Shown here: positions 56,254-64,000 of the stretch, piece by piece | Layout: the number at the start of each line of letters is the position of its first letter | Position numbering within the stretch: position 1 is the stretch's first letter | Assembly: GCA_947085655.1 (NCBI GenBank) | Contig: CAMTXH010000022.1 | Location: forward strand, 2,556-66,555 | Direction of reading: 5' to 3' | DNA: 64,000 nucleotides | Origin: an uncultured Omnitrophica bacterium | GTDB lineage: Bacteria; Omnitrophota; Gorgyraeia; JACQQV01 | Notes under the pieces: generated by a model | Told to the model about the DNA's origin: nothing | Databases searched by the model: none | The model's input: only the letters and a program-made list of their open reading frames with translations | Made by a program: the position numbers and the translations under genes

Positions 56254-58093
56254 TGACAAACTCTCCAAGATCCACGAGTGGAAAAAGACTTCCCTCCCTC
56301 TCATCCACCCAGTAAAGAACAACAGACCAGGTCGCCCCGGAAAAATCCGATTCCGGAAAGACCAACCGATAGTGCTCCGTGATCCGTTCGCCCGGTTGCC
56401 ACCGGTCCGTGGGATAGAGCCGGTAAAGAAACGGGTGATAATGGCGCCGGATTTTTTTCTGTTTTGCCTCCACCATTTCAAAAAGAATCCCGTACCGTCG
56501 GGAGGGGGTGTGCCGGCAAACCCATTCAAAAGTGAGCGGGAGCGCTTCGCCTGAAGGGAGTGTCCGGGATGCCGCCGTCCAACGGAAAAGACCGAGAGCC
56601 CCGTCCGGGTCCTCCGCCGCAAGGTCCGGCGTCCCGTTTTTTCGCTCCACCCAAAAAAGCGGGGTCCCTTTCGCGTCCTTTTCAAAAAGGACCAAATCCT
56701 CAAATGCCAAAACCGGCTGAAAGTTCCTTTCTTCGAGAAAGCGGCGGGCCGATTCGTCCGAATCCTCCCGGGAAAAACCGACGTGGGTCAGCGGATCGTT
56801 CCAATCCACGAGGAGATATGGAAGCGTCTCGGGGAAAGCATACGGTCTTTTGGAAAGGGTGTAGGTTCCCGTGTAAACGTGGTGAAATGAATAGAGCTCC
56901 CGCCGGTTCACCAGATGCGGAAGAAATTCAAACGTCGCCATGACCGGCGCCGTCGGAGGAAGACGCCGGATTAAAATATCCCTTTTGGCATCCAAAACAT
57001 CGGGCCAGGCCTCCTCCATCACTCCCGAAAGCCGAAAATGGGGACCGGCCCAAACATTGACGATCAGGGTCATTGAAAAAAGAAGGCCCCAGATGACCTT
57101 GACAGAAAGACGTCCTATCAGCCGTTTTCCGCCGTGAATCGCGGCGTAAAACAAAAGGGGGATGAAGAGGGCCCCGTAATGGTAGTTCAGGAGATGTTGG
57201 GTTCGACGCTGGGAAAGGAGATGTTCCATGAAAAAGGGGAGGCTCAAAACGAAACTTTTCGGATCAAGGAGTGGGAAAAAAGCCAAAGGAGCCAGAAGCT
57301 GCATCACCATCTGTTTCCGGAGAGGCCCCTCGAAAAGGAGGGAAAGTGTCTTCAAAGGATGCGTCACGATAAATCGGAGGGCGTCGGGAAGATTTTCTCC
57401 CAGATGGGAATAGAGAAGGGAAAAATTGATGGTCTCCGGGTTCAGTCTCGGCATGAACCAGAAGACCACGAAGACAAAAGTGGTCCCCCCGATGAAAAAA
57501 GGGAAAAAAGACCACCGCCATCCCCTCCTCTTCAACAGGGCCAGGACTCCGATCATCATCACCGCCAGAGACACGTCTTCCTGACAGAGCAGGGCGAGTG
57601 CCGCAAAGATCCAAAAGGAAAGGGACCGCTCCCGCTCAAACGCATCGAGTGCCCCGAGTAAAAAAAAGACCCCGAGCGCCACAGGATGAAATTCGAAAAG
57701 ACTCACATATCCGAGGGCGGGGTAAAAAAGATAGGAAAAGGCAAAGATCAAAGGAGACGGTTCCGGCAGGTGCCGCTCGGCGATCCGATAGACAAAGTGC
57801 GCCCCCCCTCCCAGAAAAAGAGTCTGGAGAAAAAGAAGCGTGACAGGGCTTGGAAAAACCGCATAGAGGGGAAGAATCAAAAAAAGAATCGGAACAAAAT
57901 GGTTCCCGAGGAGAGGAATGCCCAAGAGGGAGCTTTCGAAAGAGCCGTGAAGGATATTCCAGAGTCCTTGGGCATAGACGGCAAGGTCAAAATCATGGAA
58001 GGCGTACGAACGGTACTTCAGAGCGTTGAGGCCAAAAAAAAGGCAGCCGTAGAGGCCGATCAGCCCCCATAAAAAGCGTTTCGCGTTGGTCAC
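56234..58093 (-). CDS. DUF2079-like integral membrane protein (putative membrane glycosyltransferase)
   Basis: 619 aa; N-terminal LKYRSYAFHDFDLAVYAQGLWNILHG and a multi-TM layout typical of the DUF2079 family. Confidence 0.55.
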   Translation of the reverse strand: MTNAKRFLWGLIGLYGCLFFGLNALKYRSYAFHDFDLAVYAQGLWNILHGSFESSLLGIPLLGNHFVPILFLILPLYAVFPSPVTLLFLQTLFLGGGAHFVYRIAERHLPEPSPLIFAFSYLFYPALGYVSLFEFHPVALGVFFLLGALDAFERERSLSFWIFAALALLCQEDVSLAVMMIGVLALLKRRGWRWSFFPFFIGGTTFVFVVFWFMPRLNPETINFSLLYSHLGENLPDALRFIVTHPLKTLSLLFEGPLRKQMVMQLLAPLAFFPLLDPKSFVLSLPFFMEHLLSQRRTQHLLNYHYGALFIPLLFYAAIHGGKRLIGRLSVKVIWGLLFSMTLIVNVWAGPHFRLSGVMEEAWPDVLDAKRDILIRRLPPTAPVMATFEFLPHLVNRRELYSFHHVYTGTYTLSKRPYAFPETLPYLLVDWNDPLTHVGFSREDSDESARRFLEERNFQPVLAFEDLVLFEKDAKGTPLFWVERKNGTPDLAAEDPDGALGLFRWTAASRTLPSGEALPLTFEWVCRHTPSRRYGILFEMVEAKQKKIRRHYHPFLYRLYPTDRWQPGERITEHYRLVFPESDFSGATWSVVLYWVDEREGSLFPLVDLGEFVIEDKNS

Positions 58094-58110
58094 AGAATAC
58101 CATTTAGAGA

Positions 58111-58504
58111 CAGTAGAGTAGACCTGTAAGCCGAGTTCTGTCCTCCGCCACGATTCATGGCGGAGAGGCGGTCATCTCTCTTGTCCCGGTGTTGCCACCG
58201 GGCTCCAGCGACCATACCCACCTCGCCTCCCGTGTCTGGGATTCGGACGGGCCGCCCTTCATTCCTTAGGAACAGGCAGAGGTCTATTGGGTCTTGCTCC
58301 GCGTAGAGATTGCCCGTTTCACCTCCCCGCCAGAGAACTGCGGCGGGGAACTCGTCTCTGTTGCTCTAATCCTTCCGTCCGCCAAGATTCGCGGCGGACG
58401 GAGGCGGGTGTTACCCGCTACGCTGCCCTCCGGAGCTCGGACTTTCCTCCCGCTCCGCCACACATCGTGGCGGATGGCGGGCGACCGCCAGGTCTACTCT
58501 ACAG
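58111..58504 (-). ncRNA. rnpB: RNase P RNA (bacterial type A)
   Basis: The minus strand contains AGGAAAGTCCGAGCTCCGGAGGGCAGCGTAGCGGGTAACACCCGCC (P4/GGAAAGUCCGGGCUCC-type core) and ACAGAACTCGGCTTACAGGTCTACTCTACTG at the 3' end. The P1 helix is CAGTAGAGTAGACCTG / CAGGTCTACTCTACAG. Confidence 0.8.
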
Positions 58505-58936
58505 TTTCATGCTGTTAATCGCCTGATTGGCCAGTCGATCTGCCCGGCGGTTTTCACGGCGTGGAAGATGCTGAATGCTGAAATGATTGAAATGTTTAAT
58601 CAGAACAAGGGCTTGATCATGAAGAAGTTTGAGATGCGTTTCCTTCACCCGATACCGGCCTTGCAGTTGACGTGCCAACAGTTCGCTGTCGGTATAGACG
58701 TTGAGCCGTTTCACCTTTTGAATGAGCGCTTCCTGAAGTCCGTAGATGAGTGCAGTATATTCCGCCACATTGTTGGTTGTCTCGCCAATGTATTTCCCGA
58801 ATTCACGGAGAGTTCCGTCGTGACCGTCGCAGAGGACCACGCCGACGCCGGCCGGGCCCGGGTTCCCCCGCGCCGCCCCGTCAATATAAAGGGAGAGTGC
58901 TTCTTTCCCGATGCTTTCAAACAGATCGTCCGTCAT
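58499..58936 (-). CDS. rnhA: Ribonuclease HI
   Basis: YIDGAARGNPGPAGVGVV...NNVAEYTALIYGL...VYTDSELL...NRRADRLAN (DEDD catalytic residues). Confidence 0.85.
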   Translation of the reverse strand: MTDDLFESIGKEALSLYIDGAARGNPGPAGVGVVLCDGHDGTLREFGKYIGETTNNVAEYTALIYGLQEALIQKVKRLNVYTDSELLARQLQGRYRVKETHLKLLHDQALVLIKHFNHFSIQHLPRRENRRADRLANQAINSMKL

Positions 58937-59664
58937 CCCCCTTCACCCCGATCATAGAGAATCCGCGAACAGTTTTCGCACATCACCCATTTCTCCTGAA
59001 GCCGAACCTCGTTGATCCTCTGGGGCGGAAGATTCATGTTGCAACCGCCGCAGCCATCTCCTCTCACCGGTACGAGCGCCAATCCCCCTTTGGCAGCCAG
59101 AATCCGGTCGTATTGTTCAAACAGTTTCCGCTCCAGTTCTGGAATAATCTCCTCACGACTCTCTTTCAAAGACTTGAGTTCCCTCTCAATGGCGATAACC
59201 TCTTCTGCGATCCGCTTTTCCTGCTGTTTCAGTTCCGCCTCCTCTGCCTCAAGGCTCTGTCTCAGGCGGCTCACCTCTCGTTTCTTCTGATCCACTTCAT
59301 CCATCATCTGAAGAATTTCTTCTTCCAAGACGGAATTATCCGCTTTGAGCGTCTCGATTTCCTTCTGAAGCGACTGATATTCCTTGTTGGTTTTTACCTG
59401 ATAGAGCTGGGTCTGATATTTTTTGACGTTCCCTTCTTTTGTCTCAAGGTCGATTTCTTTCTCTTTCCGTTTCATTTGAAGAGCCGTCAAAGCTTTTTCC
59501 GCCTCGGTCAACTCGGTTTTTCTTTCATCGCGCTTCTTTCGGTATTGCTCCAGAAGACGGGGTTTCTCACCCTTCTCCTTCATCAGGCCATACCGCTTTC
59601 CGTCGATTTCCTGAAGCCGGAGAAGCGATCCGAGCTGTTCTCCAATGGTTCTCGTGGAAGACAT
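58933..59664 (-). CDS. Coiled-coil zinc-ribbon domain protein (COG1579-like)
   Basis: Long heptad-rich coiled coil and a C-terminal CGGCNMNL...CENC zinc ribbon. Confidence 0.6.
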   Translation of the reverse strand: MSSTRTIGEQLGSLLRLQEIDGKRYGLMKEKGEKPRLLEQYRKKRDERKTELTEAEKALTALQMKRKEKEIDLETKEGNVKKYQTQLYQVKTNKEYQSLQKEIETLKADNSVLEEEILQMMDEVDQKKREVSRLRQSLEAEEAELKQQEKRIAEEVIAIERELKSLKESREEIIPELERKLFEQYDRILAAKGGLALVPVRGDGCGGCNMNLPPQRINEVRLQEKWVMCENCSRILYDRGEGG

Positions 59665-59708
59665 TACACCTTACACCTTTCGCCTGACACTGCTTTAATG
59701 GTGGGCGC

Positions 59709-59785
59709 AATAGGGCTCGAACCTATGACCTCTGCGATGTGAACGCAGCGCTCTAACCAACTGAGCTATGCGCCCCTATGGGCCC
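59709..59785 (-). tRNA. tRNA-Val (anticodon CAC), CCA encoded
   Basis: GGGCGCATAGCTCAGTTGGTTAGAGCGCTGCGTTCACATCGCAGAGGTCATAGGTTCGAGCCCTATTGCGCCCACCA folds as a cloverleaf with a perfect 7-bp acceptor stem, a T-loop TTCGAGC and anticodon loop TTCACAT. Confidence 0.85.
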
Positions 59786-59929
59786 ACCATGATTCGCTCC
59801 TCGCCGGGGGCCCAGCCCCGGCTGCGGGCGGCCTGACTCACTGACGCTGCTCCCATAAGGTCGCGGCTTTTCATCCACTGGATGCGCTCGTCAGGCTTCG
59901 AATCCTGGGAAACGGGCCAGGTACGATCA

Positions 59930-60001
59930 TGGGCCCACCAGGATTCGAACCTGGGACCAAGAGATTATGAGTCTCCTGCTCTACCGCTGAGCTATGGGCC
60001 C
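59930..60001 (-). tRNA. tRNA-Met (anticodon CAT; elongator Met or tRNA-Ile2 lysidine-type), no encoded CCA
   Basis: GGGCCCATAGCTCAGCGGTAGAGCAGGAGACTCATAATCTCTTGGTCCCAGGTTCGAATCCTGGTGGGCCCA has a 7-bp acceptor stem, an anticodon loop CTCATAA and a T-loop TTCGAAT. Confidence 0.8.
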
Positions 60002-60080
60002 CTAAAAACGGTGTCGGGTGTAGGGTGTGTGGTGTTAGGTCAGTCCCTTCCACCTAACACCTGACACCATGCACCGCATT

Positions 60081-60116
60081 AAAAAGGCCGCCGGTCTATT
60101 ATAGCACACGGCGGCC
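60081..60116 (-). terminator. Intrinsic terminator downstream of rpoD
   Basis: On the minus strand: GGCCGCCG-loop-CGGCGGCC followed by TTTTT. Confidence 0.55.
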
Positions 60117-60146
60117 TCAAGGAACCCCGCTCACTCAAGCGGTAAT

Positions 60147-61775
60147 TCAATACTCCTTCTCCTCGCTGTAGCGAAGGTCGAGGAAATTCTTCAGTTGCCG
60201 GCTCCGGGTGGGATGGCGGAGTTTCCGGAGGGCCTTGGCTTCAATCTGCCGGACCCGCTCCCGCGTCACATTGAAGAGAGCGCCCACCTCTTCCAGGGTT
60301 CGCGGATAACCGTCCGTAATGCCAAACCGGAGCATCAAGACCCTTTTCTCCCGATCCGTCAGCGTTTCCAGGACAGACTCCATCTGCTCCCGAAGCAACG
60401 AATAGGTTGTCGCGCTCGAGGGAGAAATGGCCCGCTTGTCTTCGATGAAATCCCCGAAATGGGTATCCCCTTCATCCCCGATCGGCGTCTGAAGCGAAAT
60501 CGGTTCCTGGGCGATCTTCAGGATACCCCGGATTTTTTCCACTGGCATTTCCATCTCCCGCGCAATCTCTTCGGGCGTCGGCTCCTTCCCGTTTTCCTGA
60601 ACGAGCGCCCGGGAGACCCGGAGAAGTTTGTTGATCGCCTCGGTCATGTGAACCGGAATTCGGATCGTCCGTGCCTGATCCGCAATGGACCGCGTAATCG
60701 CCTGCCGGATCCACCAAGTCGCATACGTGGAAAACTTGTAGCCCCGGCGCCACTCAAATTTCTCGACCGCCTTCATCAGTCCGATGTTTCCCTCCTGAAT
60801 CAGGTCAAGGAAGGAGAGGCCCCGGTTCGTGTATTTCTTGGCAATGCTCACCACCAACCGGAGATTCGCCTCGACCAGCGCTTTCTTTTCCCGGTTGAAA
60901 CGGCTCTCGCGCCGCTTGATGGTGGCGATCTCTTCCTTCAAAGCATCCAGCGAAGAGCTGAATTCCTGGAGGAACCGCTTCTTTTTCCGCTCCAATTTCT
61001 GAATCTGACCCCGGACTTTCCTTCGGCGCATCCGCTCCATTTCCTGATCGAAGCGGGTCAAGTGTCTGAGACTCTCTTTGATCTTGGAGGTCATCTCTTC
61101 CACGAAGGAAACGGTGAGGTTCAGTTCAAAAAGAATGGGAACCGCCTTCGCCGTGGTTCGGGTACTTTTCAGCTTCCGGGAAAGGCCTTGAAGCCGCCGA
61201 AGCGTCTTAATCCGGTCTTCCTTAAGGTCCTCATTGATGACATCCTCGGGGCTGACTTCTTCCTTCAGGATGCTGGCCACATGCTCCAAGACGTGCTTTC
61301 GGGCGAATTTTGAGGAAAAAACCGCCTCCCGGTATTTGATCTCCGCCTGTTCAATCCGCTTGGCAAGTTTGATCTCCTCTTCCCGGGTGAGGAGCGAGAT
61401 CTGTCCCATTTGACGGAGGTACATCCGGACCGGGTCGTCCATCTGGGTGGTGTGGAGATCGATTTCCTCTTCTGGTTCGACCGGCACCGGTTTCTCTTCC
61501 TCCTGGACAGGAGGTTTCTTTTCTTCCTCTTCCTCGGGTTCGGGGGGTTTGGTTTCCTCCTTGGAAGCGACATCGTCGACGATCTGGATATTCTCACCTT
61601 CCAGAATGGAAAGGACCTCATCGATCTGGCCCGAAGAGACCACTTCCTCCGGCAGGATATGGTTTACCTCGTCATAGGTCAGTTGACCCTTTTCCTTGCC
61701 GATAGCAATGAGTTTGTCGATATGCAGTTGTACCATTTTTTTGGTGTCTACACCCATGCCGTCATTCCCTTTCAA
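60147..61775 (-). CDS. rpoD: RNA polymerase sigma factor RpoD (sigma-70)
   Basis: Acidic region 1.1, then region 2 [52 protein letters not shown], and a region 4.2 HTH. Confidence 0.95.
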   Translation of the reverse strand: MKGNDGMGVDTKKMVQLHIDKLIAIGKEKGQLTYDEVNHILPEEVVSSGQIDEVLSILEGENIQIVDDVASKEETKPPEPEEEEEKKPPVQEEEKPVPVEPEEEIDLHTTQMDDPVRMYLRQMGQISLLTREEEIKLAKRIEQAEIKYREAVFSSKFARKHVLEHVASILKEEVSPEDVINEDLKEDRIKTLRRLQGLSRKLKSTRTTAKAVPILFELNLTVSFVEEMTSKIKESLRHLTRFDQEMERMRRRKVRGQIQKLERKKKRFLQEFSSSLDALKEEIATIKRRESRFNREKKALVEANLRLVVSIAKKYTNRGLSFLDLIQEGNIGLMKAVEKFEWRRGYKFSTYATWWIRQAITRSIADQARTIRIPVHMTEAINKLLRVSRALVQENGKEPTPEEIAREMEMPVEKIRGILKIAQEPISLQTPIGDEGDTHFGDFIEDKRAISPSSATTYSLLREQMESVLETLTDREKRVLMLRFGITDGYPRTLEEVGALFNVTRERVRQIEAKALRKLRHPTRSRQLKNFLDLRYSEEKEY

Positions 61776-63520
61776 GATACGCCCTGCTTTCTGACAGCTT
61801 GAAATTCCGCCATCAGGGCCTCAAGCTGTGTCTGGTCCCGAACGCTCTCCGCCCGTTTGATTTTCGCCTCGAGCGAAGCGAGCAGGCGGTTCCGACTCTC
61901 CATTCGAATTTTCTGAATACAATCGTTCAAGGCCTTCTCTTTTTCCTCCTCCAACAGTTCCACCGATAAAGCGAACTCGGAGAAAAATCCCTTTCCTGCA
62001 ATTTCATGGAATTCCGTAGCCAACCGCGAAAGACCTCTCAACTCTCCATTCTCAAACCGTTCATACAACGTTTGCAACATCTTCTGAGAGCGACCGTCCG
62101 AGAGGCGCTCCGGCGTCAACCGTTCTTTGGTAAAAGAGATCCATTTCGCATCATCCAAAAGAATTCTCAAAAGCATCGCCTCCGCCGGCGGGAGGGTCGC
62201 CTGCTCCCTCCGAAGGGGAATTTCCCTTTCCCTCACCACGCCTTTGAGCCGCTTGAGCTCTAAAAGAAGATCCTCCTCCCGGACGGCGAGACTTTCCGCC
62301 AACTCCTTCAGATAAGCCGAGCGGAGAATCGCATTTTCAATCCGGGCGATGCTCGGGAGAATCTCCTGGCAGGCGCGCGATTTTCCCTCTGGCGTCTTCA
62401 GCGAAAATTTCCGCGCCAGAGACTCCAGCCGGTAGGGGATCAGCGGCTTTGCCTCTTCCACCATTTTCAAAAAGGCCTCCGCTCCCCGTTTCCGGACAAA
62501 GGCATCCGGATCTTCTCCCGGGAGCGTGACCATTCTGACCGAAAGATCCCCTTCCAAAAATAGATCCAGACCCCTCAGACTCGCCGCCTCACCGGCCTTG
62601 TCCGGATCAAAGACCACGACCACTTCCCGGGCGTACCGTTTCAGCAGCCGGACCTGATCCCGGGTGAGACTCGTGCCGAGGGTGGCAACGACCTGCGGGA
62701 TTCCCGACTGATAGAGGGCGATGAGATCCAGGTATCCCTCCACCAAAATCACCGACTCTTTTTCCCGAATCCACTTCCCGGAATGGACCAACCCGTAAAG
62801 TTCCCGCCCTTTGAAAAAGATCTCTGTTTCCGGCGAATTGAGATACTTGGGTTCCCCCTGATCCAAAACCCGGCCTCCGAAACCGAGGATCCGTCCTTTC
62901 ACATTGGCAATCGGAAAGAGGATCCGGTTCCGGAAACGGTCCCGGAAACTCCCATCCTCCCCCTTCAGAATCAAACCTGCCCGGAGAAGGGTCTGTTCCG
63001 AGAATCCCTTGGCCTTCGCCACCTTCAAAAATTCTTGAAAACCGGCAGGGGCATACCCGATCTGAAAGAGCGCTTCCGTTTTCGAATCCAATCCCCGGCT
63101 GACAAGGTACCGTCTTGCGTTTTCTCCCTGGGGCCCTAACAAAGTGTTCCGATAAAAGGCCTGGGCCAACGCATTCGCTTCGTAGAGCTGCGCACTTTCA
63201 GAACTCCGCTTCTCCGAAGCAGGATCCTGCTTCGGCAGCGGAATCCCTGCCTTTTCTGCCAAAGAGCGGACCGCATCCAGAAAGGTGACCCGCTCGGTCT
63301 TCATCACGAACTGAAAAACATCCCCTCCCTCCCCGCAGCCGAAGCAGTGAAAAATCTGCTTTTCGGGACTCACCATGAAAGAGGGGGTTTTCTCATGGTG
63401 AAACGGACAAAGGGCACGGAAGTTCCGCCCTGCCCGCTTGAGAGGGAGTTGCGCTGAGACCAGCTCAACGATATCCACCCGCTCTTGAATTTGCTCCAAT
63501 GTCTCCTGGGGGATACTCAC
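61772..63520 (-). CDS. dnaG: DNA primase
   Basis: Zn finger [29 protein letters not shown] and [15 protein letters not shown]...DPDKAG. It has the 4-nt overlap with rpoD typical of the dnaG-rpoD operon. Confidence 0.9.
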   Translation of the reverse strand: MSIPQETLEQIQERVDIVELVSAQLPLKRAGRNFRALCPFHHEKTPSFMVSPEKQIFHCFGCGEGGDVFQFVMKTERVTFLDAVRSLAEKAGIPLPKQDPASEKRSSESAQLYEANALAQAFYRNTLLGPQGENARRYLVSRGLDSKTEALFQIGYAPAGFQEFLKVAKAKGFSEQTLLRAGLILKGEDGSFRDRFRNRILFPIANVKGRILGFGGRVLDQGEPKYLNSPETEIFFKGRELYGLVHSGKWIREKESVILVEGYLDLIALYQSGIPQVVATLGTSLTRDQVRLLKRYAREVVVVFDPDKAGEAASLRGLDLFLEGDLSVRMVTLPGEDPDAFVRKRGAEAFLKMVEEAKPLIPYRLESLARKFSLKTPEGKSRACQEILPSIARIENAILRSAYLKELAESLAVREEDLLLELKRLKGVVREREIPLRREQATLPPAEAMLLRILLDDAKWISFTKERLTPERLSDGRSQKMLQTLYERFENGELRGLSRLATEFHEIAGKGFFSEFALSVELLEEEKEKALNDCIQKIRMESRNRLLASLEAKIKRAESVRDQTQLEALMAEFQAVRKQGVS

Positions 63521-63567
63521 GCAGTCGTCACTCCGGCATCTTTCGAGGAGGGAATAGAGGTATTACA

Positions 63568-63966
63568 CTACAGAGATTTGACCGTCTCAATGACAAAATT
63601 ATCTGAAAGCCGGTGGATGGCCTGATAAAGATGCTTCCCTCCCTCTAAAAGAGAAGGGACCAGAAACGATTTGGCCTGGATGCTTTCCGCCACATATCCC
63701 TCGCTGCTGAATGCCAAAGTCAGAACCACCAAAAACAGGACCACCAGGCATCCTCGCAAAACACCGACACAGCCGCCGGCAAGCCGTGGCCACCACCCGA
63801 TCGTCTGACCCGAGAAAAGTCTGACAAAAAGGAGCCGCAGAATCAACGTAGCACTATAAACCATTGCAAGAAGCGCCAGAAAGCTGATCACTTCGGACTC
63901 CTGAAGCGGAAGGGCGCTTTTTTCTGAAAGTGCGGCTCCCCATTGGCGGAATTGCGTCACCGCCAA
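63568..63966 (-). CDS. CvpA-like small membrane protein, possibly partial at the window edge
   Basis: 132 aa with 3-4 TM helices. This is a tentative family call. Confidence 0.4.
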   Translation of the reverse strand: MAVTQFRQWGAALSEKSALPLQESEVISFLALLAMVYSATLILRLLFVRLFSGQTIGWWPRLAGGCVGVLRGCLVVLFLVVLTLAFSSEGYVAESIQAKSFLVPSLLEGGKHLYQAIHRLSDNFVIETVKSL

Positions 63967-64000
63967 GAAAATACCGAGGGAAAACCCGGCTAATTTGAAC

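Noticed and set aside
58287-58526. Short ORFs at 58287-58526 and 58294-58518
   Set aside because: They lie within the RNase P RNA gene.
58750-59742. 330-aa plus-strand ORF
   Set aside because: It is antisense to rnhA and the Zn-ribbon coiled-coil gene and runs into the tRNA-Val gene.
60195-61313. 372-aa plus-strand ORF
   Set aside because: It is antisense to rpoD.
1-64000. CRISPR arrays, rRNA genes, transposases or integrases
   Set aside because: I found no regularly spaced short direct repeats, no rRNA-like conserved stretches and no ORF with transposase or integrase motifs. The only repeats are the 126-bp pilin block, the 9-bp GDG microsatellite and the 74-bp tandem duplication.

Overview
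This is a 64 kb bacterial chromosomal segment of roughly 58-60% GC, with no rRNA genes and no CRISPR array. Most of it is densely packed housekeeping genes. Bases 1-1.9 kb hold ribH (partial) and ribBA behind an FMN riboswitch. Bases ~21-64 kb are mostly minus-strand and run through a fab/plsX/rpmF lipid cluster, coaD, rsmD, recG, rpmB, recJ, secDF-yajC-tgt-queA, yebC-ruvCAB, an EF-G paralog, pgpA/pgsA, rimO, ftsK, uppP, pnp-rpsO, a polyprenyl-phosphate-type glycosylation cassette, RNase P RNA (rnpB), rnhA, tRNA-Val, tRNA-Met and rpoD-dnaG. Between ~2 kb and ~21 kb lies an accessory-looking region. It begins with a candidate c-di-GMP-I (GEMM) riboswitch and intrinsic terminator in front of two paralogous type IV pilin-like genes. 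These share a 126-bp block identical at the nucleotide level, and each has a Gly-rich repeat. The region continues with a CHASE2-GGDEF cyclase, smc, a GT2 glycosyltransferase, an ABC-2 exporter, a cupin-like hypothetical, a GT-C membrane glycosyltransferase, and an operon of a GspA/ExeA-like ATPase, an HD-GYP protein and a BY-kinase that looks like a PEP-CTERM-type EPS locus. The most interesting element is a compact minus-strand four-gene cassette at 13429-15587 whose genes touch or overlap by a few bases. In transcript order it encodes a PqqD-family (RRE-like) protein, a 2OG-Fe(II) oxygenase-like protein, a very basic 46-aa peptide ORF that is not in the ORF track but has a strong RBS, and an HPr-kinase-C-domain-like P-loop kinase. 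This is a plausible undescribed RiPP-like peptide or small-protein modification system. A 74-bp tandem duplication carrying palindromic operator-like motifs sits immediately upstream of queA.
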